The position numbers and the translations under genes are program-made. A DNA stretch of 64,000 bases from an uncultured Candidatus Saccharibacteria bacterium. Lineage in GTDB: Bacteria; Patescibacteriota; Minisyncoccia; Minisyncoccales; CG1-02-41-26. Under the pieces are notes generated by a model. It was given only the letters and a program-made list of their open reading frames with translations. It was not told the DNA's origin and ran no database searches. Positions 10,294 to 19,811 of this stretch are shown one piece after another. The DNA is taken from positions 1,607 through 65,606 of the forward strand of contig CAZOJF010000001.1 of NCBI GenBank assembly GCA_964580085.1, given 5' to 3'. Numbering within the stretch: the stretch's first letter is position 1; each line of letters begins with the position of its first letter.

Positions 10294-10475
10294 AAACAAG
10301 AAAATCAATTAAAAAAAGATTCAAGATTACCAAGAATGGGAAAGTTACTAGAAGAGCTATTGGGCAAGATCATTACCGTGGTAAAAAATCAGGAGCAAGA
10401 ATTCGGAAGACAAGAAGAACAAAAATTCTCCCGGCTGCTTTGGCTAAAACAATTAAAAAATCATTAACTCGCTAA
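10290..10475 (+). CDS. rpmI: 50S ribosomal protein L35
   Basis: MKTRKSIKKRFKITKNGK; synteny. Confidence 0.95.
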   Translation: MKTRKSIKKRFKITKNGKVTRRAIGQDHYRGKKSGARIRKTRRTKILPAALAKTIKKSLTR

Positions 10476-10482
10476 ATCATTT

Positions 10483-10851
10483 ATGGCTAGAATAAAAAGA
10501 GGTACAACTGCTAACAAACGCAGAAAAAAATTATTAAAAGAAACTAAAGGATATCGCTGGGGCAGAAAGTCAAAATACAAACAAGCTAAACAAGCGTTTA
10601 TTAAGGCTAAGACTTATGCTTACCGCGACAGAAAAGTTAAAAAGAGAGACTTCCGAAGATTATGGCAAATTAGAATAGGTGCTGCTTGTCGCAAACTTGG
10701 GTTGTCTTATAGTAAATTTATCTATCAATTAAAAGAAAAAAATATTGAAATTGATAGAAAAATTCTAAATCAATTAGTTCAAGAAAAACCAGAAGTTTTT
10801 GAGAAGATAGTGGAAGAGGTGAAACCAGTAGAACCTACAAAAGAAAAATAA
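10483..10851 (+). CDS. rplT: 50S ribosomal protein L20
   Basis: MARIKRG, AYRDRKVKKRDFRRLWQIRI, IDRKIL. Confidence 0.97.
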   Translation: MARIKRGTTANKRRKKLLKETKGYRWGRKSKYKQAKQAFIKAKTYAYRDRKVKKRDFRRLWQIRIGAACRKLGLSYSKFIYQLKEKNIEIDRKILNQLVQEKPEVFEKIVEEVKPVEPTKEK

Positions 10852-10899
10852 AATTTAGAGCTTAACAATAAAAAAGATATCTTAAAAAGATATTCTTTT

Positions 10900-11901
10900 T
10901 TATTTATCCAATTCTGGCTGAAAATATTTATTAATTCTGATGTCCTCAGAATAAACCCTTTTTATTTTTTTCTGATCAATCACAACTTTCAAAATAATAC
11001 TTTTCATAGTTTCTTCAGAAAAGTGTTGGTCAAAAACAAAATTACCTAGACTATAAGCAATCCAACCATCTTTATATTGCTCAACTCTCTGGACTACATG
11101 AGGATGATGCCCGACTATTAAATCCGCACCATTACTAATGCAATCTTGGGCAAAAGAGATTTGAAAATTAGTAGGATTTTCTGCATATTCTTCCCCCGCA
11201 TGGAGAGAAATAATTAAAATATCAACTTCTTCTTTAGCTTTTTTAATGTATTCAATTATTCCAGTTATATTATTTTCATTAATCCAGGTCATGCCAGAAT
11301 TTTCATTTCCCGCCTGCCAGTTTTTAGTACCTAGGTTTGTATAAGCCAAAAAACCAATTTTAGTATCTTTAATTTGTTTTATTCTTAAAGAAAATGCTTC
11401 TTCTTTATTAAGCCCAGCACCAATATAATCTATGTTGTTTTCTTTTAAAATATCCATCGTATCTTCTAAGGCAATCCTTTGATAATCAAGCATATGGTTA
11501 TTGGCTAGAGATAAAATATCAAACCCAGCATAAAGCAATCCATTTATGGCTTCTGACTTAAAGCGAAAAGAATAAATGCTCCCAACTTTAATTCCTCTAT
11601 CCGAAATTGGGCCTTCCAAATTACCAAATAAAATATCTGATTTCTTAAGTTCGTCAACAATTTCTAAAAAGGGAAATTTAAAATCTTCTTTTCCCTCTTT
11701 ATTTATCATATATTCTACCCCGCGACCCAACATAATGTCACCTACTAAAAAAAGATTAATTTCAGAATTATTAAAATTTTCTTCTTCTTTTTGATTATTA
11801 AAACTAATTTCTTTTTCAAAATAAAAAGAAGTTAAAACAAAATAGGCTAAACCAAAAATTAAACAACTAAAAAGAATTGTTTTTATGTTTTCAATTTTCA
11901 T
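10900..11901 (-). CDS. CapA/PGA_cap family metallophosphoesterase with N-terminal anchor
   Basis: VGDIML, GNLE, LANNHMLDY, HAGEEY, GHHPHV, YSLGNFVFDQ. Confidence 0.9.
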   Translation of the reverse strand: MKIENIKTILFSCLIFGLAYFVLTSFYFEKEISFNNQKEEENFNNSEINLFLVGDIMLGRGVEYMINKEGKEDFKFPFLEIVDELKKSDILFGNLEGPISDRGIKVGSIYSFRFKSEAINGLLYAGFDILSLANNHMLDYQRIALEDTMDILKENNIDYIGAGLNKEEAFSLRIKQIKDTKIGFLAYTNLGTKNWQAGNENSGMTWINENNITGIIEYIKKAKEEVDILIISLHAGEEYAENPTNFQISFAQDCISNGADLIVGHHPHVVQRVEQYKDGWIAYSLGNFVFDQHFSEETMKSIILKVVIDQKKIKRVYSEDIRINKYFQPELDK

Positions 11902-11926
11902 TTATTTCAATTAAAATTCTAAAAAA

Positions 11927-12394
11927 TTAAAAGATTGTTTTTAAAAATCTATTGGCTTTTTCAAGAGTCTCTTTACAATCCTTATATGTTAATTTATCAA
12001 GAGCCTCTTCATATAAAAGCCATTTATAGGCTTTATGCTCAGAAGATATTATTATTTTCTTAGTTTTGGTTTCCGCTAAAAAATAAATAACTATTTTAAA
12101 AATATTCTTATCGTTTGACTCAAAAAAATCTTTGTTATTCTCTCTATAAATTTTCTCACTATTTACTTCATAAGAATATTCACTTTTTTCCTCAAAATCC
12201 TTGATAAAATCAAGATCTTTAAGTCCTGTTTCCTCTTCTGCTTCTCTTATCGCCGTTTCTTTAGATTTTTCTCCTTTTTCCATATGCCCCTTGGAGAAGC
12301 CCCAGTAGTCATAGCCATAATCAAGAATTAAATAATATATTTCTTTGTTTTCTCTACGGAATATTACGGCCCCAGATGCTTTTTCTATTGTCAT
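11927..12394 (-). CDS. Nudix hydrolase (Ap4A hydrolase-like)
   Basis: Nudix box GHMEKGEKSKETAIREAEEETGL; SSEH..YKW. Confidence 0.88.
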   Translation of the reverse strand: MTIEKASGAVIFRRENKEIYYLILDYGYDYWGFSKGHMEKGEKSKETAIREAEEETGLKDLDFIKDFEEKSEYSYEVNSEKIYRENNKDFFESNDKNIFKIVIYFLAETKTKKIIISSEHKAYKWLLYEEALDKLTYKDCKETLEKANRFLKTIF

Positions 12395-12419
12395 ATTAAT
12401 GAAATTTAATAATTTTTGT

Positions 12420-13710
12420 TTATTTTAACTCACTTTTAATATCTTCTATCTCTTTAGCAATTAATCCTTCTGATTTTTCCAAAATATTTATAAGTTCATT
12501 TCGCAGTTTCTCTTCGTCTGGATTTAACCCTGGTTTGGAATCAAGATATTCAATTTTCTCTATAGTTTTTCTTTTTATTCTATCAAAGGTACTTTTTAAG
12601 CTCTCTGCAGCTTCTTGAGTTTCTTTTCTAATCCTTTTTACCTTCAACAAAATCAAGCAGATAACAACTGCTACGATTAAAACAATCAAAGCTACTAATA
12701 TTAAAAATAATGCTCGGTAGGTAATGGTTAATGACCCAATAGAAATTCCAATTAACACCACTTTTATTTGGTGCTCTGGAGAAGAATAACTTATTGCTCC
12801 TCTTTGATCCCTACTTTCAGCTGAAATCAAATATTTACCTGATTTAAAAACCTCATTAGCAGAGAGTGACCAATCCCCATTTTCGTTGCTTTTTACTTCC
12901 CAACTTTTTATCAGCTTCTCGTCTTTCTCAAAAGATATAATTACCGTTAGATCTGGAGGCGCGCTGCCAGAAATATAAAATAATTCTTCTCCGGCAACAT
13001 GAATTTTTGAATAAACTAAAATTTCCGGAGATGGAATAGGTTCAATGTTTAAGGATACTAAGGATTCTCGAAAATTTCCAGCTTGATCTACCGCTTTTAC
13101 TGAAACTTTATAAGTACCTAGGCCTTGTTGAAAAATATGGAAAGGATTACTTTTTTCTGTAGATAGAGAAAAAATATCTTTTTGACCAATTTTTATGTCA
13201 TAATGACTCACCCCTGATAAATCATCTTCAGTTTCAAAATATAAAAATGGACGAGGATTGGTTGGGTCTCCTTGATTATCAATAGTTACATCAAATGGAT
13301 TTGGGGGGACAGTATCAATTTGAATTTTATAATAAGAAGTTTCACTCCAGCCAATTTTATTCTGAATTCTTAAATGAAAATACCATGTTCCGTCTTCTAT
13401 TTTTTCAAATCTTTTTGGGCTTTTTACATCTTGACTAATAGTTTTTAACAAAGAAAAAGGATTTTGATCAAGTTTGCAATTCATCGCTATGATATTAGAA
13501 GGGGTTTCCCATTTAAATTCTGGATTAGGATTGTTATACCAAAGATTTTCTTGGGGATGAGTAGGTGAAAAAATCTTCGGAAGGTTGGGGAGATTATCAA
13601 TTTCTGTGTCTGCCTCTGTGATTAAAAAAATGCTTCTGGAGTAAGTTTTAAAATATTAGTTCCCCTGCCATCAGCAGCTAATGCTGCTACTTTTGTATAT
13701 AGTTTTTATA
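12420..13710 (-). pseudogene. 5'-truncated, frameshifted cohesin/Ig-like surface protein with a C-terminal TM helix
   Basis: Frame stays open upstream of the track start (...PKIFSPTHPQENLWYNNPNPEFKWE...). Across a T7 tract (13624-13630) it links to VAALAADGRGTNIL, which resembles the end of CPR cohesin-like domains. No signal peptide or start codon upstream. Confidence 0.6.
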
Positions 13711-13760
13711 GATTTTAATATTATAACATGCTTATTATGACCTGAGTCAATAGCTTAAAC

Positions 13761-13769
13761 TGTGGATAA
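13761..13769 (-). promoter_or_regulatory. Consensus DnaA box (TTATCCACA) outside oriC
   Basis: TGTGGATAA on the + strand, in an AT-rich intergenic region. Confidence 0.5.
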
Positions 13770-13880
13770 CTTTTTATTTAAAAGAAAAATGAATAAAGAA
13801 TAAAATTTTTAATAGTTTAGTAACAAAAAGATAAAATTTATTTAATTTTAACTGAATTTAGACCAAATGTTCTACAAAAA

Positions 13881-13930
13881 ATAAAAATAAGTTAAAATGT
13901 TATAAAACATTGATAAACATTGATAAATAT
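13881..13930. repeat. 10-bp-period imperfect direct repeats upstream of the MerR/BldC-like gene
   Basis: ataaaaataa gttaaaatgt tataaaacat tgataaacat tgataaatat. Confidence 0.5.
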
Positions 13931-14058
13931 TATTTTAAATAACTATATCGGATAAGGTAAATTACTTAAAATATATAAATTATTAATTTAATTCGTTTCT
14001 TAAAAGATATATTTATTAATGTCATTTAGAAAAGTGTTATAAAAACTGAAGATAGATG

Positions 14059-14087
14059 TTGACAATCTATTCTAGAAAGAATAAAAT
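14059..14087 (+). promoter_or_regulatory. Sigma70 promoter TTGACA-N17-TAAAAT
   Basis: Near-consensus boxes about 45 nt upstream of ATG 14131. Confidence 0.75.
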
Positions 14088-14130
14088 TAATAAAAGATAT
14101 AAAACATTAATAATATAAAAATTAAAAGAC

Positions 14131-14346
14131 ATGGACACTTCAAAAAAATATTTAACTATTAAGGAAGTATCAAGAATTTTAGGGGTTACTCCTCTAACTC
14201 TGAGGAATTGGGACAAGAAGAAAAAGTTAAAAGCATATCGTAATCCTATAAATAATTATCGAGTTTATAAGCCCGAAGAAATTCAACTTTTTTTACGTAA
14301 AATTGAATCCGGGAGAAGGCCAGGAGAAAAGATTTTTCTAGGATAA
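14131..14346 (+). CDS. Small MerR-family/excisionase-like (BldC-like) HTH DNA-binding protein
   Basis: YLTIKEVSRILGVTPLTLRNWD...RNPINNYRVY; no effector domain. Confidence 0.88.
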   Translation: MDTSKKYLTIKEVSRILGVTPLTLRNWDKKKKLKAYRNPINNYRVYKPEEIQLFLRKIESGRRPGEKIFLG

Positions 14347-14451
14347 TATTAGCAGGTTCAAAAAATTAGGATATAACATTAGCAAACATAAAATATGGAA
14401 ATAAAATATAGGATATAGGAAAAAATTAATAAATAGAATACCGAGAACAAA

Positions 14452-14482
14452 AAAACACGATTAGTAAATCGTGTTTTGTTTT
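14452..14482. terminator. Bidirectional intrinsic terminator
   Basis: AAAACACGATT-agta-AATCGTGTTTT between convergent genes. Confidence 0.75.
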
Positions 14483-14507
14483 AGCCTCTTTAAAGATTTT
14501 TATTATC

Positions 14508-15530
14508 TTAGGTTTCTGGTCTATCAAAAAAATTTAATAATTTCTTTTCTGCTAAGTTCAAACCAAGCTTGATACTTATAATAATCCCAAGTAAGCATAA
14601 AAATAAATCTGCTGCTCGCAAAGTCATAGCATATATTGCCCCATTTCCTGCTCCTATGCCTAAAGCATTAAAGGTGAAGGCGCTGGCTGCTTCAGTGCTC
14701 CCTATCCCTGCAGGGAATGGAAACATTAAGGCAAAGTTTGTAAACCCGTAAACACTTAAAGTCTTCAAAATGCCAATGCTTTCTCCTAAAAAGAAAATTA
14801 TGAGACCTGCTCTAAAAAACAATAGAAAATATCTCAAAAAGGCAAGGGTAAAGCTTTTCCAGAATATTCTGCTTTTAAAAGAAAAAAAGTTTATTATTTC
14901 TCTCTCTACATCAAATATTATTTTGCCATTTTTATGGCCTTCAATCTTTTCTTTTTTAATACCAATAAATCTTAGAAGCCATCTTAGAATACTTTCTTTG
15001 TTCAAAATTTTGAAATAAAAGAACAGAAGAGATCCAAATAACCCCCCTATTACTAGAAAGACCAACCATATCATTGTCCCTGGCGGGAAATAACCATAAA
15101 AACAAAATGATAAAACTCCTGTTAGTAAAAATAAAAGAAAGAATGTTGCACTTAAAATCTTACGGATAATAACAGAGGCCGTACTTTTTTCCCAGCTAAT
15201 ATTAAAATTTTTATTTAAAAAATAAATTTGCAGAACTTCTCCCCCTAAGAGCGTGAAGGGTGTAAGATAGCTTACGGAAAAACCTGCTAACCATAATTTT
15301 ATTAATTCTTTAATTGGGACATTAAATCCTTGTGATTGTAAAATCAATTTCCAATTTAAACAACTAATCATGGCAATAAAAAAAGTTAAAGAAACAATGA
15401 TTAATCCCTTGTATCCAGAAAACAAAACAATCGCTTCATTCATTTTGCTCCAGCCTACTATTTCCATTACAAACAGAAAAATTAAAAGTCCTATGCCAGA
15501 GACAATTAAAAGTTTAAATATATTCTTCAT
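14508..15530 (-). CDS. Lysylphosphatidylglycerol synthase TM-domain (flippase-like, UPF0104) protein
   Basis: Multi-TM; SYLTPFTLLGGE, PAGIGSTEA; likely start MKNIFK at 15530 after TGnTAAAAT. Confidence 0.82.
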   Translation of the reverse strand: MKNIFKLLIVSGIGLLIFLFVMEIVGWSKMNEAIVLFSGYKGLIIVSLTFFIAMISCLNWKLILQSQGFNVPIKELIKLWLAGFSVSYLTPFTLLGGEVLQIYFLNKNFNISWEKSTASVIIRKILSATFFLLFLLTGVLSFCFYGYFPPGTMIWLVFLVIGGLFGSLLFFYFKILNKESILRWLLRFIGIKKEKIEGHKNGKIIFDVEREIINFFSFKSRIFWKSFTLAFLRYFLLFFRAGLIIFFLGESIGILKTLSVYGFTNFALMFPFPAGIGSTEAASAFTFNALGIGAGNGAIYAMTLRAADLFLCLLGIIISIKLGLNLAEKKLLNFFDRPET

Positions 15531-15603
15531 AAAATAGATTTTAACATAATAATTTAACCAACTAAACAAAATTGCTTAAACTTGTTAAGTAATTCTAAAT
15601 ATT

Positions 15604-18384
15604 TTAAAATAGATTTTTTTGTCCTGAAATTTTTCTTGCTTCTCCTTTGGAAAATATATTAATTTTTCCATACTCGCCATCATACCCAGGTTCAACATAT
15701 ATTTCTTGTTTTCTTAATCTGGATATCGCTTTTGCTATTTCTGGTAAGTTCGCTTGCTCCAAGTCAGATATAGAAGTATCAAGTAAAACATTAAATTCTG
15801 AACCAAATTTCTGGATTAAATCTTCATATTCTTTTTCTACTCCCTTCGTCCCAACTCCTATTTTCAATAAATCAGCAATTATATCTTTCAACGGAACCAG
15901 GCTTTTAAAAGGAATTACATTTTCCGGTTTAAATCCTTCCGGCTTGTCAGCTAATTCTTCTACCCTGCTTAAAACCCCTATGGTCAACGGCCTTCCGCAC
16001 ACGGGACAAATTCCATTATACTTTTTTGTTTCTTGAGGAGAAGAACTAATTTCACATTTTCTATGACCATCATAATAATACTTACCTTGTTGAGGAAAAA
16101 ATTCAATAGTATAGAGAAATTTTTTAGGATCTCCTGATATTATCGCTTCAATTATTGCTGGATAGCTAAGCTCTGTGTCAAAAACATTTGCCTCCCTGCC
16201 AATATGAGGTGCCGAGTTATGAACAATAAATCCATTAGCTATATAATTCTCATAATTAGAAATTGTTAAATCATAGACGTATTCACAATTAGATTTTATT
16301 CTTTTTGTCTCCTGTATAGGTTCCCAAATAATATCGCTTCTAACAAACTTTTTAATTTTTTCTAAAATGGGATTTATTTTTGGGTATTTTAAAAATATTT
16401 TCAAAAATTCTTTAACATTACCTCGTTTTAAAGTATTGTTATGTTTTAAGTGATAATATAATCTCCCAGGGATATCATGGTAAGAAACTTTTAATGCTTG
16501 TTTGACTCTCAAAATTTCTTCCTTAAGCGGTAACGGATCAGTAAAAGAGTTTTTAGGACTTTGTTGGAGGGAAAAAAGATATTTAGATAGTTTTTCTTTT
16601 TTAGGAACAGAATTAAATCCGATTTCTTCCATAAAAATCTTTAATTGTTCATGTCCATATATGCTAATTTTATATCTCCATTTCTTTTTATTTTTCTCAA
16701 AATCATGATAAATAGAAGCATTTATCCCAAATTTTAATAAAAGCACTTGGACTTCTTTTATTAAAACCAGACTAGAAGAAGAAATCTGAATAGAATGATC
16801 CGCAATTGTCCCTTCGGCATCAAATAGACCTCTTAAAAATGCTGCTATTTCTTTTTTAGGGAGACCAAAAATAAAATCTGATATTTGTCGTTTGGGTGAA
16901 TAAACCAAAATCTTTGAATCTATTTTCTGAAGATATTCAGCCAAATAAGCGGGATATCTAAATCCATTTGCATTTCCCTGCTCTTTTTTAACTTTGCCTT
17001 CAATGTTAAAAACTTTTTTAATTAATTTTTGATAATGTGTTAATAAATTTATGTCTTTATCAGTTAAAGAAAGATTTTTTATTTTACCTTTAGAATGCCC
17101 AATTCCGCCATCTCCCACCACATATCCTAAAATTTGACAAAATTCCTCATTCGTAAATTTCGGCGCTTTCTCTAAAGGAAATCTATACACCATAAATTTC
17201 TTCTTAAATCTATTCTTGTCAACTCCTAAATATCCACAGTATTTATTTATAAAACTTTCTTTTGGAGTCTTAACTTTATATTTTTCAAATATCCAAACAC
17301 AATCTTCACTAACTCCAATATATTTCCCAATATCTTTTTGGCTTTTTTTGTTCTTTATCCGTAATGCTCTCAAATATTCAATACCCTTAGGAAGAATCTT
17401 AACTTCATGATCAATACTAAAGAGAGGTAGCTTTTTAGATTTTCCCTTACTAGAAATTTGTCTTAAACAAGCTACTAAATCATTTTTTTTCAGTTCGGAA
17501 GCTTTTCTTTCTATAATTTCTTCATTTTCTAGAACAAAAAAACGATGTTCGGGAGTGGTAATAATTTCTTTAGTTCTGGTTGTTATTTTACAAAGAACTG
17601 GGGGACTAGATAGTTTATGTAATTTAGAGATTTTAGCATCTATTTGTTTCAGATTGCCAACGAAATTAATACTTAATGCTTTGGATGGATTTAAGTCTTT
17701 AATTGGTTTGGGTTTACCATAAATTGTATAAATATTAGTATCTGGATGAACGCAATGAGCATCCGAATTTGATATTAAAGTAATTTTTCTAACATCAGGC
17801 ATTCTCCAGAGCATTTTGGGGTCTGCTGAAAGACCTGTCTCTCCAGCAAAAATATATTTTGAATAATCTTCAAAACATTCTTTTAAGGAATCAAAGCCAG
17901 ATTTTGAGCCAAATAAACCAAACCATGGAGTCATTACATGGGCCGGGATAATTAAACAATCCGAAGAAATGTTTAAAATAATCTTAACCAATTCCTGGGC
18001 ATCAATCCCTAATATAGGCCTGCCATCAGATTTTAAATTTCCTATCCATCCAAGTTGAGTGTTTATTTTTTCAACGGTTTTAAAATCAGGAGCCAAAACT
18101 AAAATATGGATTTTTCTGACTTTCCCATTTTTGGAATAGATACAACTAATTTCAGAAGTTAAAATAAATCTTGTTTTACTATTTTTTAATTTAAACAATC
18201 CTGGTTCAGCTGGTTCCAGTTTTTCTTTTAAATTATTAAACCATTCTGGATGAGTAAAGTCTCCTGTGCCTAAAACATCAATTCCCTTGATCACTGCTTG
18301 TTCCTCTAAATGTTCTAAATCAGATTGAGGAGAAGTAGCTCTGGAATATTTAGAATGGATATGAAAATCAGCAATAAATTTCAT
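15604..18384 (-). CDS. Endonuclease Q-like PHP-domain protein (TIGR00375-type) containing an intein
   Basis: ADFHIHSKYSRATS, GTGDFTHP, DGRPILG, PAHVMTPWF, ETGLSAD, SNSDAH|S, GKYYYDGHRKC, CPVCG, PGYDGEYG; exteins total 413 aa. Confidence 0.9.
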   Translation of the reverse strand: MKFIADFHIHSKYSRATSPQSDLEHLEEQAVIKGIDVLGTGDFTHPEWFNNLKEKLEPAEPGLFKLKNSKTRFILTSEISCIYSKNGKVRKIHILVLAPDFKTVEKINTQLGWIGNLKSDGRPILGIDAQELVKIILNISSDCLIIPAHVMTPWFGLFGSKSGFDSLKECFEDYSKYIFAGETGLSADPKMLWRMPDVRKITLISNSDAHCVHPDTNIYTIYGKPKPIKDLNPSKALSINFVGNLKQIDAKISKLHKLSSPPVLCKITTRTKEIITTPEHRFFVLENEEIIERKASELKKNDLVACLRQISSKGKSKKLPLFSIDHEVKILPKGIEYLRALRIKNKKSQKDIGKYIGVSEDCVWIFEKYKVKTPKESFINKYCGYLGVDKNRFKKKFMVYRFPLEKAPKFTNEEFCQILGYVVGDGGIGHSKGKIKNLSLTDKDINLLTHYQKLIKKVFNIEGKVKKEQGNANGFRYPAYLAEYLQKIDSKILVYSPKRQISDFIFGLPKKEIAAFLRGLFDAEGTIADHSIQISSSSLVLIKEVQVLLLKFGINASIYHDFEKNKKKWRYKISIYGHEQLKIFMEEIGFNSVPKKEKLSKYLFSLQQSPKNSFTDPLPLKEEILRVKQALKVSYHDIPGRLYYHLKHNNTLKRGNVKEFLKIFLKYPKINPILEKIKKFVRSDIIWEPIQETKRIKSNCEYVYDLTISNYENYIANGFIVHNSAPHIGREANVFDTELSYPAIIEAIISGDPKKFLYTIEFFPQQGKYYYDGHRKCEISSSPQETKKYNGICPVCGRPLTIGVLSRVEELADKPEGFKPENVIPFKSLVPLKDIIADLLKIGVGTKGVEKEYEDLIQKFGSEFNVLLDTSISDLEQANLPEIAKAISRLRKQEIYVEPGYDGEYGKINIFSKGEARKISGQKNLF
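16216..17754 (-). mobile_element. Intein (513 aa) with LAGLIDADG homing endonuclease and XRE-like HTH
   Basis: Starts C(VHPDT); block B TTPEHRF; LAGLIDADG blocks ILGYVVGDGG and FLRGLFDAEG; block F/G VYDLTI...YIANGFIVHN followed by S+1. Confidence 0.95.
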
Positions 18385-18386
18385 AA

Positions 18387-19517
18387 TTAAATAAAGTATT
18401 TAATAATTTCTATAAAGGCCCCAAAAAATAAAATAGTTATAATTGAATAAAAAAAGTATTTGGGAATATTTAAACTATATTCGGGGACCCTATCTCCATA
18501 TTTTTTAGCCTTTTGATAAATCAAACTAATGACTGTCCCATCAACCAATCCCATGAATACGCCTATAAAAGCAATAACCCAAATAAATTGCCTAACCCCA
18601 ACTAAGAATAGAATTAAAGGAATAAATATAACCAAATTAAAAGAAATAAGAAATGGAATTTTATAATCAAAAATTAAAGTGTTTTTAAGATAGTTTGCGG
18701 AAGTTAAAAAGGAAGTAGAAACAGCAAATATACCGAAAATTGCGCCTAAGAGCATAACTTTTTGCCCTAAAAAAGGAATAAGACCTTGAAATGCTTCTGG
18801 GCTTGTATTGTTGCCTGTAACCCCGCTAATAAATAAACCAAATAAAATATAAAAAGAAACACAGATTATTATTGCCTGTGAGATTACCTTTTTAAGATTT
18901 TTTTTCTGAACTAGAATATTTTCAACCCCCGGTATAGCATTCCAACCAACTAAACTAAAAAGGATTACCCCATAAGGCAAGAAAATATATTTGGGGTCAG
19001 CTAAAATAAAATTATTTATATCGATTTTAGGCAAGGCATTAAAAAAAATAAGAAAAATTGCTGTAAAAAAACAAATATTCATTAAAAATTGAATTTGAGA
19101 GATTCTTTTTATGCCTGAAAAAACAAAAAAGGACAAAAGAGCCCATAGAATTAAACCTACATACAAAGGATTTAGAGAGCTTGGAAGAATAATTTCCAAA
19201 AAATTATTATTTAAAATAATATATGCTAAAAGAGAACCAATAGTCCCGAATATAGTTGAAAAAGTGACTATTATCTTAGCTTTTTTGCCTAAATATTTTT
19301 CAGTATAACCAATTAATCTATATTTTTGCTTAGTTCTTAAAATAATCTCTCCGAAAAACAAATGCAAAATAAGCACCACTGTGCCCAAAATAAGAAAATA
19401 GAAAAGGCAAAAAACAATTCCGCTTTTCGCCATCACATAAGGTATTCCGAAAACTCCTGCTCCAATTATCGTACCGATTAAAGAAGCCAAAGCTAAAACT
19501 GAAGTTTTATCTTTCAT
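18387..19517 (-). CDS. Amino-acid permease (aromatic amino acid/HAAAP-like)
   Basis: LIGTIIGAGVFGIPY; about 11 TM segments. Confidence 0.85.
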   Translation of the reverse strand: MKDKTSVLALASLIGTIIGAGVFGIPYVMAKSGIVFCLFYFLILGTVVLILHLFFGEIILRTKQKYRLIGYTEKYLGKKAKIIVTFSTIFGTIGSLLAYIILNNNFLEIILPSSLNPLYVGLILWALLSFFVFSGIKRISQIQFLMNICFFTAIFLIFFNALPKIDINNFILADPKYIFLPYGVILFSLVGWNAIPGVENILVQKKNLKKVISQAIIICVSFYILFGLFISGVTGNNTSPEAFQGLIPFLGQKVMLLGAIFGIFAVSTSFLTSANYLKNTLIFDYKIPFLISFNLVIFIPLILFLVGVRQFIWVIAFIGVFMGLVDGTVISLIYQKAKKYGDRVPEYSLNIPKYFFYSIITILFFGAFIEIIKYFI

Positions 19518-19534
19518 ATTTGGTTATATCCTGT

Positions 19535-19795
19535 CTAAATTTTATAAACCTTGTACCCTTCTCTGACTTTTTCTTTTGCTTCTAACCCAACCGGCTCTCC
19601 TTTCTTGGCTTGTTTGATTTTTTTATGATCAATCTCCATTGAGCCAACTTTCTGCTCAAAATCAGTTGATTCCCCACCAATAACCCTAATAGTATCTCCT
19701 GTCTTCACTGTTCTTATTAATTCAATTACCATTACTTTAATTTTGTCAAAATAATGGGTAATTTTACCTATTAATTCGCCTTCTTTATCTGGCAT
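19535..19795 (-). CDS. Small EF-Tu domain II-like / U32 peptidase C-terminal-like beta-barrel protein
   Basis: IGKITHYFDKIKV, GDTIRVIG, FEQKVGSMEIDH, VREGYKVY. Confidence 0.7.
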   Translation of the reverse strand: MPDKEGELIGKITHYFDKIKVMVIELIRTVKTGDTIRVIGGESTDFEQKVGSMEIDHKKIKQAKKGEPVGLEAKEKVREGYKVYKI

Positions 19796-19811
19796 ATTAA
19801 TAATTTAATTA

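Noticed and set aside
13741-14130. Second replication origin
   Set aside because: Only one perfect DnaA box; a canonical oriC context exists at dnaA
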